Assembly (NCBI GenBank): GCA_000175855.1
Contig: ACYB01000036.1
Location: 1 to 32,000, forward strand
DNA length: 32,000 nucleotides
Direction of reading: 5' to 3'
Source of the DNA: Raphidiopsis brookii D9
GTDB lineage: Bacteria; Cyanobacteriota; Cyanobacteriia; Cyanobacteriales; Nostocaceae
Shown: one piece after another, positions 21,105-31,167 of the stretch
Layout of the letters: each line of letters begins with the position of its first letter
Position numbering within the stretch: the first letter of the stretch is position 1
Notes under the pieces: generated by a model
Databases searched by the model: none
What the model saw: only the letters and a program-made list of their open reading frames with translations
Told to the model about the DNA's origin: nothing
Program-made: the position numbers and the translations under genes

Positions 21105-23087
21105 TTGTTTTTCCCAAATTTCAGGCACTCCGCCCATTTCATTAAAATCTTTAAAATGCTTAGTGACACCGATTTGAGCTTTGCTGGCATCTTACCTTTG
21201 AGTATATTTAATCAACTTGGTGATTTGTTGCATCAGATAGCTCATGAAGTAGATAGTGCTGCTCTCATACTTACAGAAGCAGTATTAGTACGAACCTTTG
21301 CTCCCCCAGGGTGGCAACCACAAAGATTTATTCTTGTAGTTTCTCAGCAATTTAGCGCTCTTTTACTTGGTAATCTTCCAGACGGTGCCCAACAAGGTCA
21401 GTCCAGATGGGATACAAGTTTGGAGTCCCTCCATATTCACTTCACTTTTAACTCGGAGGCGATCGCAAGTTTTGCCACTAGACTAAGCGAATTGTTTGCT
21501 GCTAATTCTCAGATTTATCAAAATATCCTACATTATAGAGGGATGCTGGGAGCAAATAATGCCACTTACCAAAGTAAATTCACAATTTTGTTGTTACAAT
21601 ATTTGCTCCCTACTATTAGTCAAAATACAATTAATCCCCATGCTCTACCACCAGAAGGGTTTACTTGTAAACCTGTGGAAGATGCTCTTACCAAACAAAT
21701 TGCCCAAGAAAAACTCTTAAATCAAGTAACCACTCAAATTCGTAAAAGCTTAGATCTCCCCGTAATCATATCTACAGCAATCACCCAAGTGCGGGAATTT
21801 CTAGAGTTGGATAGATTGGTAATTTATAAATTTGTTTCAGCTCCTAATCATTCTTTGGCATCTCCCCAATCCATAGATCATCAGTGGTTTACCAAAGACT
21901 CTGAACACAATGGAGGCTGTGTAATTTATGAATCCCTTGGTGGAGAATCAATCAACTCCATATTAAATTCCCAAGAAGACTGTTTAGCAGTTCACTCCCC
22001 ATGTTGGCAAAAATATCACCAGGGTTTTATTTTAGTCGTGGAAGATGTGGAAAAAACCTACATACTGGAAAATTGCCTCCTCAATTTCCTCCGAACCAAT
22101 CAAATTCGTGCTAAGGTGGTAGCACCAATTATTTTTGAAAATAAACTGTGGGGATTACTCATTGCTCACCAATGTGATGCTCCTCGACAATGGACAGAAT
22201 CTGAAAAAGCCCTATTATCTTCCATTGCTGAACAATTAGCGATCGCCATCAATCAATCACAATTAATGGACTCATTGCGGGAAGCAACACGCAAATTAAC
22301 CCAAGAAAAACAAACTTTAGAACAAAGAGTAATTGAAAGAACCATGGCCCTGCGGGAAGCACTTTTAGCCGCAGAAGCAGCCAGTCGCATTAGAAATGAG
22401 TTTTTGGCTACTATTAGTCACGAACTATTAACCCCACTCACCTATGTAATTGGCATGTCCTCTACCCTATTACGTTGGCCTTTGGGGGAACTGACACCAC
22501 GACAAAGGGAATATTTACAAACAATCCACGATAGTGGTGAAAGACTCTTAGAAATGATTAATGATATTCTGGATTTATCACAAATTCAAGCTGGCAAAAC
22601 CGTATTAAATATTTGTGAGTTTTCCCTAACCAGGTTAGCAGAAAATATAGTAGACTCCCTATTAGAAAAAAGTACCAATGCCAAAGTTACCTTGAAACTA
22701 GACGTGCAGGTCAATCCACGCCATGATCAATTTAGCGCCGATCCTGGTAGAATAGAGCAAATTATTTGGAACCTATTAACTAATGCCATCAAATTTACAC
22801 CGCAAGGTGGAAGTGTCACCCTCCGATTTTGGGTGGAAGACAACACGGTTATCTTTCAAGTAGAAGATACTGGAATTGGCATTCCAGAAGAAAAATTACC
22901 TCTGGTTTTTGAAAAGTTTCAGCAGGTAGATGCCTCCTATCATCGTCCATACGAAGGTACGGGTATTGGTTTGGCCCTAACTAAACAACTGGTGGAACTC
23001 CACCGTGGTCGCATTGAGGTGGAGTCAACAGTGGGTGTTGGCTCAGTCTTTACCGTCTGGATACCTAGATCGGTTTTTGATAAATAA
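21105..23087 (+). CDS. GAF-domain histidine kinase with an uncharacterised N-terminal sensory region (possibly DICT-like)
   Basis: 660-aa ORF; GAF region (LELDRLVIYKF...VVAPIIFENKLWGLLIAHQC), HisKA (FLATISHELLTPLTYVIGMSSTLLRWP), HATPase_c (NLLTNAIKFTPQGG, VEDTGIGIPEEKL, GTGIGLALTKQLVELHRGRIEVES). Confidence 0.92.
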   Translation: MFFPNFRHSAHFIKIFKMLSDTDLSFAGILPLSIFNQLGDLLHQIAHEVDSAALILTEAVLVRTFAPPGWQPQRFILVVSQQFSALLLGNLPDGAQQGQSRWDTSLESLHIHFTFNSEAIASFATRLSELFAANSQIYQNILHYRGMLGANNATYQSKFTILLLQYLLPTISQNTINPHALPPEGFTCKPVEDALTKQIAQEKLLNQVTTQIRKSLDLPVIISTAITQVREFLELDRLVIYKFVSAPNHSLASPQSIDHQWFTKDSEHNGGCVIYESLGGESINSILNSQEDCLAVHSPCWQKYHQGFILVVEDVEKTYILENCLLNFLRTNQIRAKVVAPIIFENKLWGLLIAHQCDAPRQWTESEKALLSSIAEQLAIAINQSQLMDSLREATRKLTQEKQTLEQRVIERTMALREALLAAEAASRIRNEFLATISHELLTPLTYVIGMSSTLLRWPLGELTPRQREYLQTIHDSGERLLEMINDILDLSQIQAGKTVLNICEFSLTRLAENIVDSLLEKSTNAKVTLKLDVQVNPRHDQFSADPGRIEQIIWNLLTNAIKFTPQGGSVTLRFWVEDNTVIFQVEDTGIGIPEEKLPLVFEKFQQVDASYHRPYEGTGIGLALTKQLVELHRGRIEVESTVGVGSVFTVWIPRSVFDK

Positions 23088-23088
23088 A

Positions 23089-23115
23089 CAGTATTAACAG
23101 TATTAACAGTATTAA
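23089..23115 (+). repeat. Short tandem repeat: three copies of the 9-mer CAGTATTAA
   Basis: Direct reading: CAGTATTAACAGTATTAACAGTATTAA between the histidine kinase stop and the nanE-like start. Confidence 0.9.
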
Positions 23116-23133
23116 ATAAGCAATATTAACAAC

Positions 23134-23828
23134 ATGAACAATTTACTATCAAAATTACCAGAACTATCGGGGCTTATTGTGTCTTGTCAAGCTCCTGTTA
23201 CCTCACCTCTCCATAATCCCACCATTATAGCAGCTATGGCACAAGCCTCCGCAAACAATGGTGCTAAAGCTGTGAGGATTGATAGTCCCAATCACATCAA
23301 AGCTGTAAAACAAAAAGTTTCAGTACCAATTATTGGTTTATGGAAGCAAATTATAGCAGAGTCAGATGTGTACATTACCCCCCAATTTCACCATGCTTTA
23401 GCTGTTGCAGAAGCAGGAGCAGATATAATTGCCATGGACGCAACCCCAAGAAAACGCGCAGGAGGGGAAAAACTAGTTGATATCATTAGGGGAATTCATC
23501 AACAAATAGGTAAACCAGTAATGGCTGATGTAGACACCTTTGCATCTGCTAAATTAGCTATAGATAGCGGTGCGGACATAGTGGGTACAACCCTTTTTGG
23601 TTACACAGAAGAAACCAAAAACCTCATTCCTCCTGGGTGGGAACTTCTCAAACAAATAGTAGAAAACCTGAAAGTAGAACACCCAGAGATTCTTGTCATT
23701 TGTGAAGGGGGATTTCCTCCCCGGAAGAAGCAAAAAAAGCATTAGAGTTGGGTGCGGATGCGGTTGTAGTAGGGACAGCAATTACTGGAATTGACCTGTT
23801 AGTTAAAGCCTACATAAAAAGGATTTAA
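23134..23828 (+). pseudogene. nanE: N-acylglucosamine-6-phosphate 2-epimerase (NanE)-like, apparent frameshift in a G5 run near the 3' end
   Basis: First ORF ...ADIIAMDATPRKRAGGEKL...VICEGGFPPRKKQKKH*. Adding one G to the run at 23707-23711 gives CEGGISSPEEAKKALELGADAVVVGTAITGIDLLVKAYIKRI*, the expected TIM-barrel C-terminus. Confidence 0.85.
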
Positions 23829-23831
23829 ACC

Positions 23832-24080
23832 TCAATCGGGCCTTTTAGGAGACGGACGGTCCGTACTCCAGGCCCACCAAGCACAACCGCAGTGACAAAG
23901 ATAAAACTCTTGCCACTTACGACGATGGTCCGGGGTTGTCACAGGGGATCTTCGATTTAACCAGACTCCCACTGCTTCCCTGCTACCAGAGCCACATTTG
24001 GGGCAAAAAAAATTAGTAAGAGTGGACTGACCGATCTGTCCATTCTGGTGGGTTAGCTGCAAAAGCATCCATGAGTTCAA
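23832..24080 (-). CDS. Small protein with zinc-ribbon-like cysteine motifs
   Basis: 82-aa ORF with FFCPKCGSGSRE...LCHCGCAWWAW; divergent from the DUF3318 gene. Start codon uncertain. Confidence 0.5.
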   Translation of the reverse strand: MNSWMLLQLTHQNGQIGQSTLTNFFCPKCGSGSREAVGVWLNRRSPVTTPDHRRKWQEFYLCHCGCAWWAWSTDRPSPKRPD

Positions 24081-24106
24081 ATTCTCCGACCTCGATCCGG
24101 TAAAAT

Positions 24107-24714
24107 ATGGGATTAGTTCTCAAGGAAGACCTGAAAGTCTTTATGATGGATCCAAATACTGAAATTCGTCGTCTGTTGGATATAGTACCAGCTTCCGGAC
24201 GCATGACAATTAAAATTATCAGCAAACCGGAACAGAATCAAGTGATTAGTGCAGAGTTTCCCCTACCTTGGATTCAGAGTAAACCAGTATATATCAATTT
24301 TGAATTATGGAGACAGTTAAAAAAGCCACAAAGAGACTTGCTAATATTGTATCACACCAGTTGGTTAATAGGAATCAAATGGATACAACCGGATATTTAT
24401 CAGGGAGTAGTCCTAGTTGGACTATTAGGGGGGTAATAGAAACTCTTCAAGGTGATATAGTTGGTTTAGTCATAGCTGGTGGCTTAACCGTCATAAGTGG
24501 TGTAAAACTGTGGCAAAACAATAAGTCTCAGGAACTACAACTGAGAGCTGATAAAACAGCGATCGCTATTGCTCAAAAACGAGGCTACTCCGAATCAGAA
24601 GCAGCTGGACATTTGTTAACTGCTATTGAGACAGTTGCTAAACTTGAGGGAAGATTAGGTCTCAATTTTAATGAATTAATTCGTTGTCAAAATTTGCGAG
24701 CGATCGCCAGTTAG
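24107..24714 (+). pseudogene. DUF3318-like cyanobacterial protein, split by an apparent frameshift in a G6 run
   Basis: ORF1 NTEIRRLLDIVPASGRMTIKIISKPEQNQVISAEFPLPWIQSKPVYINFELWRQLKKPQRDLL...GVVLVGLLGG* and the 24307..24714 frame (GVIETLQGDIVGLVIAGGLTVISGVKLW...AAGHLLTAIETVAKLEGR...LIRCQNL) join if the G6 run (24428-24433) is G7. Confidence 0.75.
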
Positions 24715-24869
24715 AGTAGTTAATTCCACCCATTGCGATCGCCTGGAATAATAGGTTATAATTCATAACTTTGGGATATCAAACAAGTCGTTCCAGGTGA
24801 AGCTAAACTTTGGTGAGCCATCCTGCTGACACCCAATTAAATGAGATTTGATAGGAAACAACAAAGACA

Positions 24870-25328
24870 ATGGTCAAACGAGTGCAGTTAGTATTAACAA
24901 AAGATGTAAGCAAACTAGGAAAATCCGGCGATCTAGTGGAAGTAGCTCCTGGTTATGCGCGGAATTATCTAATTCCCCAGAGTTTAGCCACCCAGGTGAC
25001 TCCTGGCATTTTAAAGCAAGTAGAGCGTCGTCGGGAAATAGAACGCCAACGCCAACTAGAACTTAAGCAACAAGCGGAAGAGCAAAAATCTGCTTTAGAG
25101 AAACTGATTAAAGTAGCGATTGCCAAACAGGTAGGTGAAAATGAAGCTATTTTTGGTACTGTTACCACTCAAGATGTAGTAGATGCTATTCAAGCAGCTA
25201 CAGGGCAAACAATTGATAGACGTGGCATAACTATTCCAGATATTAACCATTTGGGTACTTACAAAGCGGATATTAAACTTCACTCAGAGGTGACTGCCAA
25301 AATTGATATTGAGGTTGTAGCCAGCTAA
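24870..25328 (+). CDS. rplI: 50S ribosomal protein L9 (bL9)
   Basis: 152-aa ORF; [40 protein letters not shown]. Confidence 0.96.
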   Translation: MVKRVQLVLTKDVSKLGKSGDLVEVAPGYARNYLIPQSLATQVTPGILKQVERRREIERQRQLELKQQAEEQKSALEKLIKVAIAKQVGENEAIFGTVTTQDVVDAIQAATGQTIDRRGITIPDINHLGTYKADIKLHSEVTAKIDIEVVAS

Positions 25329-25379
25329 ATTGGTTATAGGTCATATTAACCATTAACTAATGATTGCACTGTTCAGTGG

Positions 25380-25405
25380 GATGCGTTAACTTGGGGTAAC
25401 GCATC
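25380..25405. terminator. Hairpin between convergent rplI and DUF29 genes
   Basis: Perfect 9-bp arms GATGCGTTA / TAACGCATC with 8-nt loop; no immediate T-tract. Confidence 0.45.
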
Positions 25406-25426
25406 ACAACTAGTTCAAATAGGGAT

Positions 25427-25927
25427 TTAACCTTTTTCCCAAAATTTCTCATTTAATAATCTTTCTAGCTGGTTAGGAAAAGGGTAATCATCGGGAAAAA
25501 TAACACTAGGATAACTATCTTTCACGTTATCCAACCCAATTTGGTAACACTTGGGCAAAATTTCTAAAATAAAATTTTTCAAACTGGGCGAATCTTCCAA
25601 CTCAAACATTAAATGTTGACGAAAATTCCGAATTTCAATTTCCCAACTACGATTACAATCGGGTATTTGGACATAGCAACGTTTCAGTAAATGTTCTAGT
25701 AGACGCACCAAATAACTACGCACAGAACTGCGTTGACTTTTTCCCAAGGATTCCACCTCCTGGATCAAATTTTTCCAATCTACCTGTTGGAAATTCTGGG
25801 ATTTTAACTTGGCCACGGTTTCTTCAACCCAGAGAGCAAAATCAGCGTCATAGTGGCCTTCATAATCGCTAGTTTGAATATTCGTCATAATCAATAACAT
25901 TATCCATTTCAGAAACCATGTCAACAA
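25427..25927 (-). CDS. DUF29 family protein
   Basis: YDADFALWVEETVAKLKSQNFQQVDWKNLIQEVESLGKSQRSSVRSYLVRLLEHLLK is the DUF29 pattern common in cyanobacteria. Confidence 0.85.
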   Translation of the reverse strand: MLTWFLKWIMLLIMTNIQTSDYEGHYDADFALWVEETVAKLKSQNFQQVDWKNLIQEVESLGKSQRSSVRSYLVRLLEHLLKRCYVQIPDCNRSWEIEIRNFRQHLMFELEDSPSLKNFILEILPKCYQIGLDNVKDSYPSVIFPDDYPFPNQLERLLNEKFWEKG

Positions 25928-25946
25928 TTTAAGTTTACAATCATTT

Positions 25947-28088
25947 ATGGCTGAAGAATTGAACTTTCAAGGCAATAGTAGTGATCAGCTTCCTCCCCAA
26001 AACATCGAAGCGGAAGAGGCTATTTTGGGCGGTATTCTTTTGGATCCAGAAGCTATGGGTAGAATCAGGGATCGTCTTCTTCCCCAAGCGTTTTATGTTA
26101 ATTCCCATAGAGAAATTTATCAAGCAGCAATAATTCTTAATAACCAAAATAAACCAACCGACTTACTTTCCCTAACAGAGTGGTTAACTGGCAATGACAA
26201 ATTAAATCGTATTGGAGGTAGAAATAAACTAGCTACCTTGATAGACCGCACCGTATCATCAGTAAATATTGATATGTTAGCGGATTTAGTCATGGATAAG
26301 TATCTGCGCAGACAATTAATTAAAGCAGGTAATGAAATTGTCAAATTAGGATTTGAGACCCAGACAGAATTACCAATAGTTTTAGATCAAGCAGAGCAGA
26401 AGGTTTTTGGAATTACCCAAGAAAAACCCCAGGAGGGACTAGTTCACATTTCGGATACCCTAGTGCATACCTTTCAGGAAATTGAAACCCGTCATGAAGG
26501 AGTTGCTTTACCGGGTATTCCTAGTGGTTTTTATGATTTGGACGCTATGACCAGTGGTTTTCAGCGTTCTGATTTAATTATCGTCGCGGGTAGACCTTCT
26601 ATGGGGAAGTGTGTAAGTTATGACTCAGAAATAGTCTTAGCAGATGGAGAAATTGTCACCATTGAGGAGCTATACTACCGAAAGGAAGGTATGGTATTAA
26701 CTTTAAACCGAAATTGGAAATTTAGTTTTACTCAACCCTGTGGATTTGTCAACGATGGCATAAAACCAGTTTTTCGGGTGACAACTGCATTAGGTCGTTC
26801 TATTGAGACCACTATTACTCATCCTTACTTGACCCCAACCGGGTGGCAAAAGTTAGCAGATCTCCAACCAGGTGCTAAAATAGCAGTTCCCGCTCAAATA
26901 AATGTCTTTGGTAAGGAAAAAATTGAGGATGATCAACTTAAGCTCATGGCCCATTGTTTGGGAAATGGCAATATGGAGAAAACCATACCTCCCATAGTTT
27001 TTAAATTAGGGCGATCGCAAATAGCCTTATTTTTAAATCAGTTATTAAAATTACAGACAACCTATAAAACAAACCAAGAGAAACTAGCAAGACAGATTCA
27101 ACATTTATTATTAAGATTTGGCATAATTGCCAGATTAAAAAAAGGCTATAACAAAGAGCAAACTAACCAAACCACTTGGCAATTAGAAATTATAGAACCC
27201 CTGAGCATCCAGAGATTAGAGATTGGTGTGATAGCACAAACATTAGAGCCATTAGAGCTAATAGAAACCCAGACAGACTGTGACATTTACTGGGATGAAA
27301 TCATAGCCATTGAGAACTTAGGGGAAAAACAGGTCTATGACCTAACCATACCACATACTCATAACTTTATAGCCAATGATATTTGTGTGCATAACACTGC
27401 ATTTTGTTTAAATCTAGCCCACAACATTGCCATAGGTTATAAATTACCGGTAGCAGTGTTCAGTTTAGAAATGTCCAAAGAGCAGCTAGTACAAAGATTA
27501 TTAGCTAGCGAGGCCCAAATTGAAACCGGTTATTTAAGAAGTGGGAGGATTAGTCAAACCCAATGGGAACCTCTAAGTCGTGCTATCAGTTTGCTATCAG
27601 AAATGCCCGTTTTTATTGATGACACCCCCAATATTACCATCACCCAAATGCGGAGTCAAGCTAGAAAACTACAAGCACAACAGAATTCAAAACTAGGTCT
27701 AATCGTTATAGACTACCTGCAACTAATGGAAGGTGCAGGAGACAATCGTGTACAGGAATTATCCAAAATTACCCGTTCTCTCAAGGGTTTAGCCAGGGAA
27801 TTATCAGTTCCCATAATTGCCCTATCTCAGTTGAGTAGAAGTGTGGAAGCTAGAACTAATAAACGTCCCATGTTGTCAGACCTGCGAGAATCTGGTTCCA
27901 TTGAACAAGATGCGGATTTAGTTATTATGCTTTACCGTGAAGAATATTATGCACCCGATACCCCCGATCGCGGTATAGCAGAAGTTATTATTGCCAAACA
28001 TCGCAATGGTCCCACAGGAACAGTCAAACTTCTATTTGACCCCCAATTTACAAAATTTAAAAATCTAGCCAAACCTAAGACTTATTAA
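25947..28088 (+). CDS. dnaB: Replicative DNA helicase DnaB, intein-containing precursor
   Basis: 713-aa ORF; NIEAEEAILGGILLDPEAM, GIPSGFYDLDAMTSGFQRSDLIIVAGRPSMGK / TAFCLNLAHNIA, VFSLEMSKEQLVQRLLASEA, LIVIDYLQLM, LSDLRESGSIEQDADLVIMLYR. Confidence 0.97.
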   Translation: MAEELNFQGNSSDQLPPQNIEAEEAILGGILLDPEAMGRIRDRLLPQAFYVNSHREIYQAAIILNNQNKPTDLLSLTEWLTGNDKLNRIGGRNKLATLIDRTVSSVNIDMLADLVMDKYLRRQLIKAGNEIVKLGFETQTELPIVLDQAEQKVFGITQEKPQEGLVHISDTLVHTFQEIETRHEGVALPGIPSGFYDLDAMTSGFQRSDLIIVAGRPSMGKCVSYDSEIVLADGEIVTIEELYYRKEGMVLTLNRNWKFSFTQPCGFVNDGIKPVFRVTTALGRSIETTITHPYLTPTGWQKLADLQPGAKIAVPAQINVFGKEKIEDDQLKLMAHCLGNGNMEKTIPPIVFKLGRSQIALFLNQLLKLQTTYKTNQEKLARQIQHLLLRFGIIARLKKGYNKEQTNQTTWQLEIIEPLSIQRLEIGVIAQTLEPLELIETQTDCDIYWDEIIAIENLGEKQVYDLTIPHTHNFIANDICVHNTAFCLNLAHNIAIGYKLPVAVFSLEMSKEQLVQRLLASEAQIETGYLRSGRISQTQWEPLSRAISLLSEMPVFIDDTPNITITQMRSQARKLQAQQNSKLGLIVIDYLQLMEGAGDNRVQELSKITRSLKGLARELSVPIIALSQLSRSVEARTNKRPMLSDLRESGSIEQDADLVIMLYREEYYAPDTPDRGIAEVIIAKHRNGPTGTVKLLFDPQFTKFKNLAKPKTY
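26610..27395 (+). mobile_element. In-frame intein (262 aa) in DnaB Walker A (GRPSMGK^T)
   Basis: Starts CVSYDSEIVLADG (splicing block A), block B-like RSIETTITHPYLT, ends ENLGEKQVYDLTIPHTHNFIANDICVHN followed by extein Thr. Central region has degraded LMAHCLGNGN and KLARQIQHLLLRFGIIARL, resembling blocks C/E of a LAGLIDADG-type domain. Confidence 0.95.
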
Positions 28089-28169
28089 AGAAAATCTGGA
28101 TTTACCGAAACCGCATAATCCGCATGAAAACTTGTCTAATCTATCTTTATCTCCGGTTGTCTTGACAAT

Positions 28170-28781
28170 TCAACTAGTAACTGCTTGATATAAGATAGCC
28201 AAAATTTTATTTAACTCTTTAATGTAATAGTTATTGAGGTCAATAAGTATTTCTCCTTCCATTAGTTTTAAAAATTTCCAAATGTCTCCCGTTGTGACAG
28301 CTCCATAAATGGTTTTAATCTCACAAGTAAGTTCATTAGATTGCTGTTGATTGAATAGCTGTGCTGCTAACATTGTAGCTGCACATTGGCCTAATCCAGA
28401 TTTAATGTTTTCATTTTTCGCCTCGACAATAATCACTATGGGAGCATTAACTATTAACTGCTCTTTGGAACGACTGATGATGAAGTCACAATAACCGTTT
28501 AAACCTTTTTCAATATCAACATTAAAATCAGTCCCAGAAAATAAACTAATTTGATAATTGGCTCTGCGTCTTATTTCTAGTAAAATGGGTGTAATGATCA
28601 TTTCTGACCGTGCCTTTTCAGTATTTATTGCTAATGCCATTTCCATTGTTTCCCCCAGGGTACTAGTTAATTTATCACTAGCATCCAGCGGTTCAATACT
28701 GGCAAATAAATCCGGATTTTCATCAATTTTGATGTGGAATTTGTTTCTAAATTGGGTCAAAGTGAAATCGCTGTAAGCCAT
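28170..28781 (-). CDS. Hypothetical protein with PD-(D/E)XK nuclease-like signature
   Basis: 203-aa ORF; GYCDFIISRSKEQLIVNAPIVIIVEAKNENIKSGLGQCAATMLAAQLFNQ: D ... ExK ... Q arrangement. Confidence 0.6.
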   Translation of the reverse strand: MAYSDFTLTQFRNKFHIKIDENPDLFASIEPLDASDKLTSTLGETMEMALAINTEKARSEMIITPILLEIRRRANYQISLFSGTDFNVDIEKGLNGYCDFIISRSKEQLIVNAPIVIIVEAKNENIKSGLGQCAATMLAAQLFNQQQSNELTCEIKTIYGAVTTGDIWKFLKLMEGEILIDLNNYYIKELNKILAILYQAVTS

Positions 28782-28917
28782 TTTCCTCCTTTTTGGTTGC
28801 GGATTCCATTAGCAGTCAATTTATTGTTAACTCGTTTTTAAGCTACTATTAACTTACTATTAAACTATTATTAGTTTATCACTAGTCTATTATAGGAATC
28901 CTGGAAATACACTAATT

Positions 28918-30846
28918 ATGGAAAGTGCTGTTCAAAATGCTATTCAAAATAATGTTGCCTTTCAAGATGCTTATGATGTAATTGTAGTAGGTGCAGGTCA
29001 TGCTGGTTGTGAAGCAGCTTTAGCTGTTGCTCGTCTTGGTTGTCCTACTCTATTATTGACCCTGAATCTGGATAAAATTGCTTGGCAACCATGTAATCCA
29101 GCGGTGGGAGGCCCGGCCAAATCCCAACTCACCCATGAAGTGGATGCTCTAGGTGGGGAAATTGGTAAAATGGCAGACCGTACCTACCTGCAAAAACGAG
29201 TCCTTAACTCCTCCCGAGGACCAGCAGTTTGGGCCCTACGAGCTCAAACTGATAAACGTGAATATGCAGCTGTGATGAAGGGAATTGTGGAAAACCAAGA
29301 GAACCTGACCATTCGGGAAGGTATGGTAACCGACTTAGTTTTAGGCAAAAACGATGAAATAATTGGCGTGGAAACCTATTTTGGTGTAGCTTTTGCATGT
29401 AAAGCTGTGATTTTAACTACAGGGACTTTTTTAGGAGGGAGAATTTGGGTAGGAAATAAATCCATGGAAGCTGGTCGAGCAGGAGAATTTGCAGCAGTGG
29501 GTTTAACAGCAACTCTCAACCGCTTGGGTTTTGAAACCGGAAGATTAAAAACTGGAACTCCCGCACGGGTGGATAAAAGGTCTGTGGATTATAGCAAAAT
29601 GGAAATCCAACCAGGAGACGAAGAAGTCCGTTGGTTTAGTTTTGACCCGCAAGTATGGTTGGAAAAAGAGCAAATTCCCTGTTACATGACCCGCACTACT
29701 CCAGAAACCCATCGTCTCATTCAAGAAAATCTAGGTCTATCTCCCGTATATGGAGGTTGGGTGGATGCTAAAGGTCCTCGTTATTGTCCCAGTATCGAGG
29801 ATAAGATAGTCCGGTTCGCAGACAAGGAAAGTCACCAGATATTTATTGAACCGGAAGGAAGAGATATACCGGAACTTTATATTCAGGGTTTTTCCACGGG
29901 ATTACCAGAAACTTTGCAAATCCTCATGTTGAGAAGTCTTCCTGGTTTGGAAAAATGTGTGATGTTACGTCCAGCTTATGCTGTAGAGTATGACTACTTG
30001 CCCGCAACTCAATGTTACCCATCCTTAATGACTAAAAAAATACAAGGACTTTTTTGTGCTGGACAAATTAATGGCACGACGGGTTATGAAGAGGCAGCTG
30101 CTCAAGGATTAGTGGCGGGCATTAATGCAGTTCAGTTTGTTCAAGGTCGAGAAATGGTGATTTTTCCCCGAGAACAAAGTTATATTGGCACTTTAATTGA
30201 TGATTTGTGCACGAAGGATTTACGAGAACCCTATCGCATGCTCACCAGTCGCTCAGAATATCGGTTATTACTAAGGTCTGATAACGCAGATCAACGTATG
30301 ACTCCCCTGGGAAGAGCAATAGGTCTAATTGATGACAGAAGATGGAATTTGTTTACTAGAAAACAAGAACACATTATTGGGGAAAAGGAAAGACTCCATT
30401 CCACCAGAATCAAGGAGCATGAGGATATTGGTAGGTTGATTACTCAACATACTCAACAGGTTATTAAGGGTTCAATCACCCTCGTAGATCTGTTGCGTCG
30501 TCCAGAAATCCATTATCTTGATTTGGAAAGATACGGACTCGGTAATCCCCATCTCCATGCAGCGGAAAAAGAGGGTGCGGAAATAGATATTAAGTATTCT
30601 GGGTATTTGGCCAGACAGCAAAACCAAATCGACCAAATCGCTCGTCAAGCAAATCGCCATCTACCCCCCAATTTGGATTATGATTCTATTACTACTCTTT
30701 CTAAAGAAGCTAGGGAGAAACTCACCACAGTTAAACCTCTCACGATTGGACAAGCATCGCGCATTGGAGGAGTAAATCCTGCTGACATTAATGCTCTACT
30801 TATCTATTTGGAAACTAGAAAAAATTTGACTACATCCCCCCACTAA
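28918..30846 (+). CDS. mnmG: tRNA uridine-5-carboxymethylaminomethyl(34) synthesis enzyme MnmG (GidA)
   Basis: 642-aa ORF; [88 protein letters not shown]. Confidence 0.97.
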   Translation: MESAVQNAIQNNVAFQDAYDVIVVGAGHAGCEAALAVARLGCPTLLLTLNLDKIAWQPCNPAVGGPAKSQLTHEVDALGGEIGKMADRTYLQKRVLNSSRGPAVWALRAQTDKREYAAVMKGIVENQENLTIREGMVTDLVLGKNDEIIGVETYFGVAFACKAVILTTGTFLGGRIWVGNKSMEAGRAGEFAAVGLTATLNRLGFETGRLKTGTPARVDKRSVDYSKMEIQPGDEEVRWFSFDPQVWLEKEQIPCYMTRTTPETHRLIQENLGLSPVYGGWVDAKGPRYCPSIEDKIVRFADKESHQIFIEPEGRDIPELYIQGFSTGLPETLQILMLRSLPGLEKCVMLRPAYAVEYDYLPATQCYPSLMTKKIQGLFCAGQINGTTGYEEAAAQGLVAGINAVQFVQGREMVIFPREQSYIGTLIDDLCTKDLREPYRMLTSRSEYRLLLRSDNADQRMTPLGRAIGLIDDRRWNLFTRKQEHIIGEKERLHSTRIKEHEDIGRLITQHTQQVIKGSITLVDLLRRPEIHYLDLERYGLGNPHLHAAEKEGAEIDIKYSGYLARQQNQIDQIARQANRHLPPNLDYDSITTLSKEAREKLTTVKPLTIGQASRIGGVNPADINALLIYLETRKNLTTSPH

Positions 30847-31167
30847 TGATGAAGTTAATGTCCTAATTATATACTGGGTGTACTTAATCTTGGGTGGTAT
30901 TAGTTAGTATCCGGATAAAAATTGCCAGAACTGGAAAGCAATAAGCAATATATGAACCGGTTCAAGAGATGGATTTTTAATTTTTCTGGCGTTGCACCAG
31001 TGTTGAATCTAATATGGTAAGTGTTGTACCGTAGGTATGAAGGGTTGAATTTGGCTATTTCGCCATCCCTGGTCATGAGCAGGATGTCGTGTCATACTTC
31101 ACCCAATCCTAGGTTACCTAGATATATTTTGCCTAATAGTGTACACATTTTGGAAGTGAGTCCTGCG

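Noticed and set aside
23554-23781. 75-aa minus-strand ORF over the end of the nanE-like gene
   Set aside because: Antisense to the frame that restores the epimerase C-terminus; no domain similarity.
30847-31167. Possible structured RNA upstream of the truncated sensor gene (CCAGAACTGG..., ...TTCTGGCGTTGCACCAG)
   Set aside because: Only short imperfect complementary segments seen, with no match to a known RNA family; insufficient support without folding and comparative analysis.
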